DNA of 32,000 nucleotides from Parasynechococcus marenigrum WH 8102 (GCF_000195975.1 NC_005070.1:2310001-2342000), one strand, 5' to 3'. Counted from the stretch's first letter, positions 1-7,467 are shown. Numbers and translations are program-made. The notes: generated by a model from the letters alone, not told the origin.

Positions 1-49
1 AACGGCTCTGGCAACTCAGCGAAGAATTGGCTGGTGGCCTTCTGATGCC

Positions 50-454
50 ATGACTGGTTCCTCCCCTGCTTTGAACGCCCGTCAACAGGCATTGCTGACG
101 GCTCTCAACGCCTGTGGGGATGAAATGAGTGGTCAACAGCTGCATCGCAGCCTCGATGACGAGGCATCCATGGGACTGGCGACCGTTTATCGCAATCTGC
201 GGCAACTGCAGCAACGGGGCCTGGTGCGTTGTCGCCATCTGCCCACCGGCGAAGCGCTCTACGCCCCCGTTGACCGGGATCGCCATCACCTCACCTGTGT
301 GGACTGTGGAACGACGCAGGTGCTGGACCATTGCCCCATTCATGGCATCGACGTGCCTGCTGACAGTCGAGGGGACTTCGAATTGTTGTTTCACACGCTT
401 GAATTCTTTGGTTTCTGCAGCAGCTGTCGTCCGCAGCGAAGCTCCAAACCATGA
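50..454 (+). CDS. Fur-family metal-responsive transcriptional repressor (Zur/PerR-like; subtype not resolvable by eye)
   Basis: 134-aa ORF. Winged-helix segment (LATVYRNLRQLQQRGLV) followed by HHLTCVDCG and a C-terminal CSSC, giving the two CxxC pairs of the Fur-family structural Zn site. Its stop lies inside the ATGA that starts the next gene. Confidence 0.85.
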   Translation: MTGSSPALNARQQALLTALNACGDEMSGQQLHRSLDDEASMGLATVYRNLRQLQQRGLVRCRHLPTGEALYAPVDRDRHHLTCVDCGTTQVLDHCPIHGIDVPADSRGDFELLFHTLEFFGFCSSCRPQRSSKP

Positions 455-1188
455 CCCTGGCCGCGACCTACTACGGAGCCAATGGCTGGCTACTGGAATT
501 CAACAACCTGCGTGTGCTTGTGGACCCCTGGCTCAGGGGAAGCCTGAGTTTTCCGCCGGGGTCCTGGCTTCTGAAAGGGGTTCTGCCCCATGAGCGTCCC
601 GCACCCGGGACACTCGACCTGCTGCTGCTGACCCAGGGCTTGGCGGATCACAGCCACCTCGAAAGTCTTGATCTCCTGCCGCGCGATCTGCCCGTCATCG
701 GCTCGGCCTCCGCAGCACGGGTGGTGCGATCACTGGGATTTCACACCATCACCACCCTCAAGCCTGGTGAGACAACCAACCATCAGGGGCTCACGGTGCG
801 TGCCACAGCCGGCGCCCCAGTGCCGATGGTCGAAAACGGCTATCTGCTGGAGCACGAGGCCGGACAGCTCTACCTGGAACCCCATGGCTTCCTGGACCCA
901 AACCTGCCTGAACAACCTCTGGATGCCGTGATCACGCCGATGGTGGATCTGGGTCTTCCAGCCCTGGGGGCCTTTGTGAAGGGCTGCAGCGTGGCGCCGG
1001 AATTGGTGCAGCGCTTCCAACCCACCACCATGCTCGCCAGCACCTCCGGTGGCGATGTGCGTTTCAGCGGGGCTTTGAGTGGAATCCTGCAGATGAACGG
1101 TTCTGTGGAGCAAACCGGCCGCGACCTGCCGACGAGCACCCGATGGCTGGACCCCACGCCAGGAGAGCGCTTGGTGCTGAAACCGTGA
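451..1188 (+). CDS. MBL-fold (beta-lactamase-like) metallo-hydrolase family protein
   Basis: 245-aa ORF with a degenerate metal-binding segment (LLLTQGLADHSHLE) after an N-terminal beta-strand region, typical of MBL-fold proteins. ATGA overlap with the Fur-family gene. Confidence 0.6.
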   Translation: MTLAATYYGANGWLLEFNNLRVLVDPWLRGSLSFPPGSWLLKGVLPHERPAPGTLDLLLLTQGLADHSHLESLDLLPRDLPVIGSASAARVVRSLGFHTITTLKPGETTNHQGLTVRATAGAPVPMVENGYLLEHEAGQLYLEPHGFLDPNLPEQPLDAVITPMVDLGLPALGAFVKGCSVAPELVQRFQPTTMLASTSGGDVRFSGALSGILQMNGSVEQTGRDLPTSTRWLDPTPGERLVLKP

Positions 1189-1235
1189 GGAAATCAAATC
1201 CCTACCAACTCAAAAGGGGCAATCAGCGGAGTCGC

Positions 1236-1253
1236 GTTACAGTTCTTTACAGA
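1236..1253 (+). promoter_or_regulatory. HLR1-like direct repeat (candidate RpaB binding site) upstream of hli
   Basis: GTTACAgt-tc-TTTACAga: two TTACA cores 10 bp apart, matching the HLR1 consensus (G/T)TTACA(T/A)(T/A)-N2-(G/T)TTACA(T/A)(T/A) except at position 7 of each half. It ends 15 nt before the hli ATG. Confidence 0.6.
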
Positions 1254-1268
1254 TCGATCGAGATTCCG

Positions 1269-1499
1269 ATGGCCAACTCAAACGACAACTGGTTCCAGAC
1301 CACCGCAGCCCGTGAAATCCATCTGGAACAGCTCAAGCAAGCTGAGCGTTTCAATGGCCGCGCCGCCATGCTCGGTATCGTGATTGGGATCATCACCGAA
1401 GGGCTCACCGGCGCTGGTATTGCCCACCAGATCGGCCTTGGCCCCCTGGTGGATGGCTACGCCGCCTGCCGCACGCAGTTCCTTCCTTTCTGCTTCTGA
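1269..1499 (+). CDS. hli: High-light-inducible protein (HLIP, single-helix chlorophyll a/b-binding family)
   Basis: Internal ATG at 1269 of the 1143..1499 track ORF. 76 aa with the diagnostic AERFNGRAAMLGIVIGIITE motif (ExxNGRxAMxG) in a single TM helix. Confidence 0.88.
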   Translation: MANSNDNWFQTTAAREIHLEQLKQAERFNGRAAMLGIVIGIITEGLTGAGIAHQIGLGPLVDGYAACRTQFLPFCF

Positions 1500-1650
1500 G
1501 CCTCAGAAATTCGACCGATGCGACGGGCAGCGCGACTTCTGTCGCGTCGGCGACAAAAAGAGGCTAAACTTTCATAGCGTTGACCCGGATCTTCCGGATG
1601 CAGTTCGTTCCGGGCCATGCAACGGGGGCCAGGACGCTGTGGAGACCTCC

Positions 1651-1827
1651 ATGTCCCCCCTCTCACTGATTCAAAAGCGCACCCAGCGCCAGCAGCGTCT
1701 TGAAGGCGCTCGTCGCCAGTTGGCCAAAGCCGAAGGGTGCTTCGACCTTGAGGTCAACACCGCCCGAATTGCACCGGCACCGCTGTACGACCTCTCCTAT
1801 CGAGCCATCAGCGCCAACTGGCTCTGA
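1651..1827 (+). CDS. Hypothetical small protein (58 aa)
   Basis: ATG at 1651 in frame with the 1384..1827 track ORF. The downstream part (MSPLSLIQKRTQRQQRLEGARRQLAKAEG...) has a normal charged composition, while the upstream part looks like out-of-frame read-through. No recognised family. Confidence 0.35.
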   Translation: MSPLSLIQKRTQRQQRLEGARRQLAKAEGCFDLEVNTARIAPAPLYDLSYRAISANWL

Positions 1828-1931
1828 TTCAGAGCCCGGTCGTTTATTTCGCTGTGTTCAACGGTTATCAACTTCACAGCCCGACGTCGTGCGCGCTGAG
1901 ACGTTAAGAGCATCCTGAACACACCAGTCCC

Positions 1932-2150
1932 ATGATCAAACTCGGAGGTCGCGTGGTGGAAACCCCAATGGGATCCACCATCGATTCCATTCGCGATGGC
2001 GGCTTCTGGGTTTGCGATCGTGACCGGAACTGTCGTGAAGTGCGTGGTCTCTGGGAGGCTGAAGAATTCCTGCGCGAGCGGGAGCGGGGATTTGATTACC
2101 CCTACGCTTCCCAGTTTCAGACCATAAAGGATGTCCAGAGCAATCAGTAG
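1932..2150 (+). CDS. Hypothetical protein (72 aa)
   Basis: Track ORF with balanced, protein-like composition. The antisense ORF 1936..2187 is R/P/S-rich and looks spurious. No recognised family. Confidence 0.45.
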   Translation: MIKLGGRVVETPMGSTIDSIRDGGFWVCDRDRNCREVRGLWEAEEFLRERERGFDYPYASQFQTIKDVQSNQ

Positions 2151-2200
2151 TTCCCATCAGGCGTTGTCTCCGCTTTGATGGCGTCATTTGAGCTGTTTAG

Positions 2201-2332
2201 ATGACGCTTGGTCGCTTCCTGATTCTCTTTGCTGTGGGTGTCGTTGCTGCACTAATGCTGAAACTAACCTGGCTCTACTGGTTGCTGGGCTTAGCTGCAG
2301 TGTGGGTGGTTTTCAAACTCATCAAGGGTTGA
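2201..2332 (+). CDS. Hypothetical 43-aa two-helix membrane peptide (not in the ORF track)
   Basis: ATG 2201 to TGA 2330-2332, translated by hand: MTLGRFLILFAVGVVAALMLKLTWLYWLLGLAAVWVVFKLIKG. Two hydrophobic stretches separated by K, with a positively charged C-terminus. Confidence 0.4.
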   Translation: MTLGRFLILFAVGVVAALMLKLTWLYWLLGLAAVWVVFKLIKG

Positions 2333-2437
2333 CGTCAAATCCAAAGGCGTTGAACTCCTGACAACCACCTCTCCGGTGTGAATGGTTACCAATGACCTTG
2401 GTCGCGATGCCTATCACCAGGCAAAGCCAATCGTCTG

Positions 2438-2734
2438 ATGATCACAACGACGACCCGTCTCCGACTTCAGAACATCTGCGATCGCATCGCACAAGGCGAA
2501 TTAGTATCCCTAACCGAACGGGTTTACCTGCAGAAATTTGCAGAGCGCGACCGAAGCGTCCTCTCCTGGTTGAACCGGGCTCAACGCAAACAGCAACAAG
2601 GCGCTGTGACGGGGCTCGACAAACTGCTGATCGACATGGACCTCGGTAGTTGCGATCCAGGTGACACGCATCGCCGCGGTGATGACCTCGGCGAGTGGTT
2701 CGGCAATGCTGACCCCTGGCTCCGCCGAGATTGA
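2438..2734 (+). CDS. Hypothetical protein (98 aa)
   Basis: Track ORF with normal composition (MITTTTRLRLQNICDRIAQGELVSLTERVYLQKFAERDRSVLSWLNRAQRK...). The competing frames 2392..2649 and 2442..2795 are R/P/S-rich. Confidence 0.5.
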   Translation: MITTTTRLRLQNICDRIAQGELVSLTERVYLQKFAERDRSVLSWLNRAQRKQQQGAVTGLDKLLIDMDLGSCDPGDTHRRGDDLGEWFGNADPWLRRD

Positions 2735-2752
2735 GGTGGATCTGACCAGCAA

Positions 2753-3136
2753 TCAATCGGCATTCATCCGTTGCTGATGACGGGGCAGGGCCCACTGAAT
2801 GAAGGCCTCTTTCTTGTCACGGGAGCCTCGTCGAGCACAACCCGCCGCCACAGACTCTCTGACGGCATCGCTGAACGCACCAGCTTGTTCAAGCTCTATG
2901 TACTCGCAATGGCATTGAGCTGTCGCAAGATCAGCCATCAATTCTGCGGCTTCACCCCACATTCTCATCTCTCGTTCCATGCATAAAGCGTGGTAGCTGA
3001 TGTAATCAGGCTGCATATCAGTTTGTTGTTGTCGATCCATCGGATCAGCACCACCTTGATCCAAACCTCCTCCGTCAAAGGCAGCCGCCGATACACCCAT
3101 CAGCAGAGCGAAGCAGAACGTCCAGGGCTTCCACAT
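2753..3136 (-). CDS. Hypothetical secreted protein (signal peptide, Cys-containing)
   Basis: Internal ATG at 3136 gives MWKPWTFCFALLMGVSAAAFDGGG..., a plausible signal peptide with an A-x-A-like cleavage region. The remainder is acidic and helical with 5 Cys. Confidence 0.5.
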   Translation of the reverse strand: MWKPWTFCFALLMGVSAAAFDGGGLDQGGADPMDRQQQTDMQPDYISYHALCMEREMRMWGEAAELMADLATAQCHCEYIELEQAGAFSDAVRESVAAGCARRGSRDKKEAFIQWALPRHQQRMNAD

Positions 3137-3274
3137 CAGAACAGCATTCGATTCCGAACAAATGCTTGCCCACAAAAAATGACCAACCAAGTTTCATCGA
3201 AGAACAACAACTGGGCACTCCACTCCCCTGCGTCCATCAACGATTGAACGCATTGACGATGGATCACCAATCGT

Positions 3275-3436
3275 CTAGCTCTCGTCATTGATCAAGCGAA
3301 GAGCGGCATTCAATACGGCTTGCTTCGCCTCATTGCGCTTCATCCCCTCACGCTCGAAGTGACGAACAATGCGAGACAAGTCCCACCAAACCGCCGCTTC
3401 CACTTCATCCATTTTGTTCGCGACATGAAGCGACAT
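3275..3436 (-). CDS. Hypothetical 53-aa protein next to attL (not in the ORF track)
   Basis: Hand translation of the minus strand: MSLHVANKMDEVEAAVWWDLSRIVRHFEREGMKRNEAKQAVLNAALRLINDES, stop TAG (plus-strand cta at 3275-3277). The composition is protein-like, unlike the overlapping plus-strand ORF 3320..3523. Confidence 0.3.
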   Translation of the reverse strand: MSLHVANKMDEVEAAVWWDLSRIVRHFEREGMKRNEAKQAVLNAALRLINDES

Positions 3437-3479
3437 GGCCGACAGGCGTCTTCTCCACCTCTAGCGAACGACTGCAAAC

Positions 3480-3532
3480 GAGTGGGCGATGCTGGGATCG
3501 AACCAGCGACAATCTCCTTGTAAGGGAGGTGC
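3480..3532. repeat. attL: 53-bp direct repeat, a duplicated 3' half of tRNA-Val
   Basis: 3480-3532 matches 12680-12732 at every base when aligned by eye. Identity breaks at 3479/12679 and at 3533/12733. The sequence is the antisense of tRNA positions about 23-73 plus 3 nt. Confidence 0.95.
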
Positions 3533-3564
3533 GCTTTTCTTCAGACCCATTGGTATAGCTGAGC

Positions 3565-3606
3565 TAGAGCAAACTTACGAATTATTTAGAGCAATTTTTA
3601 GAGCAA
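3565..3606 (+). promoter_or_regulatory. Three direct TAGAGCAA copies (candidate arm-type recombinase/RDF binding sites, attL side)
   Basis: Exact TAGAGCAA at 3565-3572, 3587-3594 and 3599-3606, the last two within TTTAGAGCAA. They begin 33 bp inside attL. Confidence 0.55.
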
Positions 3607-3789
3607 AGCTGCTTTGACGGCGGTTTAGACGGTTTCGCCAGTCCAGCACTGGGAGTTCGCCCTTTTTATGCTTATTTCGTAATTCCGCAAAATATCAAAT
3701 AAGGTCACCGTAGTGACCCTATCTGCTTCGCTGAGCCACCAGTCCACCGTAAAACTGGCTGTTTTCAGTTTACTCAAAAGAGCTAAGCT

Positions 3790-3993
3790 ATGTACACCGA
3801 TAAATACCGCTTTTCAGTGCCTAAACGTCAGCTTCCTATTCAGGCTGACCTGATCATCAATCGTCTTCGTCTTGAAGCCAGTATTGAACGTCAGCGTGCA
3901 GTCTTTGAAATTGACGACGACGTGCCACATGTGCCGTCCTACGACCCACTAGCAAATCCCCAAAGCTGCCGCATAGCAACCCATGTCAGCTGA
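3790..3993 (+). CDS. Hypothetical protein (67 aa), first gene of an overlapping 4-gene operon
   Basis: Track ORF. It overlaps the next ORF by 11 nt (ATG 3983, TGA 3991-3993). No recognised family. Confidence 0.5.
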   Translation: MYTDKYRFSVPKRQLPIQADLIINRLRLEASIERQRAVFEIDDDVPHVPSYDPLANPQSCRIATHVS

Positions 3994-4393
3994 ATTTCAA
4001 TCAATCGACGAGGCCATTACTGCCTCGTACCAACCTGCATCGCAAGTCGGAACTCAAGCTCGTCAGCTTGAAGCCAGAATCGCCAAGATCGATGGCACCA
4101 AGAATCTCCTGCCAGCACGTCGTTATGGTCAACCGGTCGACATGGCAAAAATCAGGTCAAACCTCACACTTACCAGCCTTATTGCACAAGATTCCGCAGA
4201 GCTAGCTCACTTTTGCGGTATCGATCCTGCAATCCGCCACCGTATCGACGAGGAGAAGGAAGCCATAGCTATGGCAGCGCAGGCCCTGCAGATGCGTACT
4301 GAAGCTCTCCGCCAGCAGAACCAGCAGCGTCAGCAGCAGGTTCAGCAGCGTTCTCAACTCTCTCCGTGGGAGCGCGGTTACCGGAGCGTCTGA
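3983..4393 (+). CDS. Hypothetical coiled-coil protein with Q-rich C-terminus (136 aa)
   Basis: Track ORF with heptad-like helical segments and a QQNQQRQQQVQQRSQ tract. Its stop shares one base with the next ATG (TGATG at 4391-4395). Confidence 0.6.
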   Translation: MSAEFQSIDEAITASYQPASQVGTQARQLEARIAKIDGTKNLLPARRYGQPVDMAKIRSNLTLTSLIAQDSAELAHFCGIDPAIRHRIDEEKEAIAMAAQALQMRTEALRQQNQQRQQQVQQRSQLSPWERGYRSV

Positions 4394-4746
4394 TGCTTGC
4401 TCGTCCTCATCCCGCGCTGGGCTGGCTACACATCAGTCCGGCTGACACCAGACGTGTCATGGATCGTCTGCTTGCTGAGCGTGAAGCAGCTCTAGAGGTC
4501 GACCCAACCTTCAGTGGTATGCCGCAGTCGTTCATCGACTGGACCTGGCAAACATGGCTGCCGTCACACCTGCATCGCTACGAGCAGCAGGTGCAGGAAC
4601 ACCTCAGCTACCTCAACTTCAAGATCGCTGAGCTGAACGGTGATCTTGAAAAAGCTGCTGGCGGCATCCTCGACAGCCGTGATGAGGCCGTTGATCTTCG
4701 TGATCGCCTGCAGCGTGAGCTTGACGCAAGGGAGATGGCGTCATGA
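4393..4746 (+). CDS. Hypothetical protein (117 aa)
   Basis: ATG at 4393 inside the 4366..4746 track ORF, coupled to the upstream stop. Helical, charged C-terminal half (LNGDLEKAAGGILDSRDEAVDLRDRLQRELDAREMAS). Confidence 0.55.
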   Translation: MLARPHPALGWLHISPADTRRVMDRLLAEREAALEVDPTFSGMPQSFIDWTWQTWLPSHLHRYEQQVQEHLSYLNFKIAELNGDLEKAAGGILDSRDEAVDLRDRLQRELDAREMAS

Positions 4747-4813
4747 CTCTCTCAGGCCCCTAACCAACGCAATCGCCATAGATGCCCCTACTGCCAAGAC
4801 AAACACTGCTTCC

Positions 4814-5071
4814 ATGCCCGAAAACCAAGTGACAGCAACGTATTCCAATCAGCAGCTACCGCCGATACAACCGCTACCCATGACCAACATCCTTGATCAC
4901 GTGTCATCAACACCAGTCCTTGAAGTAGACGTCTGGCCTCGTTCAGTGTCACGCAAGGAATGGTTCGCCATCACCAGGCGCATCATTCAAGACACCATCG
5001 CTGACATGAACCTCGATCCTGCTGCGGAAGCAGAAGTGATCGAAGCCTTCACTGGTGCAGGGCTGCTGTGA
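4814..5071 (+). CDS. Hypothetical protein (85 aa; start uncertain)
   Basis: ATG 4814 in frame with the 4640..5071 track ORF. The upstream part of that ORF overlaps the previous gene and looks out of frame. The C-terminal part (WFAITRRIIQDTIADMNLDPAAEAEVIEAF) is protein-like. Confidence 0.45.
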   Translation: MPENQVTATYSNQQLPPIQPLPMTNILDHVSSTPVLEVDVWPRSVSRKEWFAITRRIIQDTIADMNLDPAAEAEVIEAFTGAGLL

Positions 5072-5540
5072 AAGGCCGCTGGTGACTCCTTACGCGCTAA
5101 CGGCCCTGACTGGTTCAAGCGGTGGCTGTATGGGGGCATTCAGGACCTATCTGAGCCAGCAGCGGCGCCTGCACATAACCAACTACCCAAATGGCATGCA
5201 GGGAAATCTTTAGCGGTATGTAAACCGTCAGGTCTGTTTTGGCTCAACAGCGGGAAACGTTTCAGGCAGTCACGTCTGACCCATGGCTCAAAACACCTGC
5301 ATCGCCTGCTGCTACATGCAAGGCGTAATCCACCCTAAAAGTAATCAGCTCGTGTTAAATACACTACAAGTACTTTGTCGAATTTCTAATTAGGCTGGCA
5401 TGATCCAGCTATATCTAAGTTTCAATTCACACTGCCAGCTTCTGCTCTAGATAGGTAATGCTGACAATTCGCTAAGAGACCTCTTGCGCGTAAGAGGTAA
5501 TCGCGCCACGCTAACAAGAGTATATCAGCTATGACTGCTC

Positions 5541-6386
5541 ATGACTGCTGTCTTGATTCCGCCACCAAAAATTGAATCTTTAAGTCACTTTGAAGACGTA
5601 GATTTAGTAATACTTGGTGAAGAATACGGTGACGACCTTTTCGAAGAGATTTCCAGCCTTAAATATGTTTATAATCTTGCTGGAGGAAATGACAACGTAG
5701 CCATACGATCAATTTCGGAGAGTTCAGAGCTTCATCTGAATTCCGGGTCCGGAAATGATACTATAGTATTAAATGGAGAGTTTGGAAATTGTACGATTTT
5801 AGGAGGTCAAGGAAAAGATAAAATCATTATCAATACATACGCAAGTGGCATCTCTTTAGTATCAGGCGGCGACGGCAAGGATCGCGTTATTGGCACTGGC
5901 AATATATTGGGAGGTGGAGGAAATGATATTCTCAAGGTTACGCCAGGTAACAAGGAAATCGTTTCAATTTGGGGTGGCAAAGGCAAAGACACTCTTAAAG
6001 GGGGATTTGGCAGTGATTATCTAAATGGTGGACAAAATGATGATATTATCAAAGGCAATGAAGGCCGCGATACGCTTTTCGGTGGTTCCGGTAGCGATAA
6101 ATTAACTGGGGGAATTGGAGATGACTATGTAAAAGGAGGAGCTGGAAATGACACACTTATTGGCGGTAAAGGTTCAGATATATTTGATATTGGCGAAGGA
6201 GATATAGTTAAAGATTTCAGTCCACGTGAGAATGATTTTATTTATATAGACGAGGACAAGTATGGGACAAATATAAAAGCCTCAGATACCTCTGAGGGGG
6301 TAATTCTTTCTTCTGGCACCGATCTTGAGGCGCTGATAGCAGGCGCAAGTGCTTTCGTAGTAAGAATGTATTTGAATTTTTACTGA
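5541..6386 (+). CDS. RTX (hemolysin-type Ca2+-binding nonapeptide repeat) protein, 281 aa
   Basis: At least 10 GGxGxD-type repeats, e.g. GGQGKDKII, GGDGKDRVI, GGGGNDILK, GGKGKDTLKGGFGSDYLNGGQNDDIIKGNEGRDTLFGGSGSDKLTGGIGDDYVKGGAGNDTLIGGKGSDIF. No N-terminal signal peptide. Lies in the AT-rich block. Confidence 0.85.
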   Translation: MTAVLIPPPKIESLSHFEDVDLVILGEEYGDDLFEEISSLKYVYNLAGGNDNVAIRSISESSELHLNSGSGNDTIVLNGEFGNCTILGGQGKDKIIINTYASGISLVSGGDGKDRVIGTGNILGGGGNDILKVTPGNKEIVSIWGGKGKDTLKGGFGSDYLNGGQNDDIIKGNEGRDTLFGGSGSDKLTGGIGDDYVKGGAGNDTLIGGKGSDIFDIGEGDIVKDFSPRENDFIYIDEDKYGTNIKASDTSEGVILSSGTDLEALIAGASAFVVRMYLNFY

Positions 6387-6694
6387 GTAGCATCTTCTGA
6401 ATTAACTCTGGTCGTATGCTCAGGAATAAATAATGCGTATGCTTTTAACTTGCCAACCCTTGTCTACAATTAATTCAAGTGGTGGCAAGTTAGTAGAAAA
6501 GATTTATGGCAGTTACCTTAATTCCTATAGTGGTTGCTGAGTGGAGATTATCAAGGTCAAGCTATAGTTAAATTTGGCGAACAACCCATCTTCAAAAGCA
6601 GCTGACCCAATAAATCGCCGCTATACACCACAGCAAGGACTAAGTGAGTTTGTGAATTGGTAGGCTCACTTTATATTTAAAGATGTAGATGTGG

Positions 6695-7384
6695 TTAATC
6701 ATAGGCGTTATCATCAAGATGTTGGCCAATCATTCTTCCAGTCTTTGGCGCTTTTCGGTTTGCCTGAGGTGATTTCTCGAAAACCACAATGCTGTCGTAA
6801 AAGCATATCGAAAATGTTTCTTTAGTAAAGCTGCTAATTGGAATCTGCTCCCTTGTGTGGACAGCATTCAAGTGATCAACTAATCTCTTTGCGACTTCAA
6901 TGAAGGAAGAGTTCTTTCCCAGCCCTCCCTGGTACTCTTCCCAGTAACAAGTATGAGTGTCTTCTACAATGTACACCCCATTGCTATCTAAAAAATGGTA
7001 CAGCTCATTAAATGTTTTTTCCATATGGCACATAATGTGACTACCATCGTCGATAACTATATCAATTTGTGGATATTTTTCCTTGACTGAGTCTAGCAAT
7101 TTGTTGTCGTCCTGACTGCCTATAAATATTTCTACGCCGTCGGACTCATGCTTTTTACATTCGGGATTGATGTCGATACCAATTATTTTTGCACCAGGAC
7201 CAAAATATGCTTTCCACATGTCGAGTGAGCCGCCACCATGAACACCGATCTCTAAAACGGTTGGAGACTCATTGATAAATCTATCGAGATGTTTCTCATA
7301 AATATCAAAATAATGAAGCCACTTATGCAAACGCTTCTCGGAATTGTTGACGAAGTATCGATGAAGAAAACCTTTTGCTTTCAT
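6695..7384 (-). CDS. Class I SAM-dependent methyltransferase, CmcI/'cephalosporin hydroxylase' family-like
   Basis: 229 aa. SAM motif I VLEIGVHGGGSLDMW, acidic loop IIGIDIN, and the family-typical IDIVIDDGSH segment. AT-rich codon usage, unlike the host genes. Confidence 0.75.
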   Translation of the reverse strand: MKAKGFLHRYFVNNSEKRLHKWLHYFDIYEKHLDRFINESPTVLEIGVHGGGSLDMWKAYFGPGAKIIGIDINPECKKHESDGVEIFIGSQDDNKLLDSVKEKYPQIDIVIDDGSHIMCHMEKTFNELYHFLDSNGVYIVEDTHTCYWEEYQGGLGKNSSFIEVAKRLVDHLNAVHTREQIPISSFTKETFSICFYDSIVVFEKSPQANRKAPKTGRMIGQHLDDNAYD

Positions 7385-7467
7385 TCCAGAACCAGGTGGG
7401 GATACAATTGTACACTCCTTTTAACTTTTGAGCTTTGATGCTTGGAGTACTACTCAAAACTTTTTGA

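Noticed and set aside
1-45. Possible 3' end of an upstream plus-strand gene (…NGSGNSAKNWLVAF, stop at 43-45)
   Set aside because: Only 14 codons are visible, which is too little to support a call.
129-593. 154-aa ORF overlapping the Fur-family and MBL-fold genes in another frame
   Set aside because: Both overlapped genes have clear family motifs, and this frame is W/C/R-rich.
3320-3523. 67-aa plus-strand ORF running into attL
   Set aside because: Its C-terminus is the translated antisense of the tRNA fragment. The opposite strand has a more protein-like 53-aa frame.
3551-3575. tRNA-like string TAGCTGAGCTAGAGCAA resembling a D-arm (TAGCTCAGCGGTAGAGCAC), possibly a second tRNA or tRNA fragment
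   Set aside because: No acceptor, anticodon or T arm can be folded around it, and the orientation is opposite to the att fragment. I treat it as the first TAGAGCAA motif copy.
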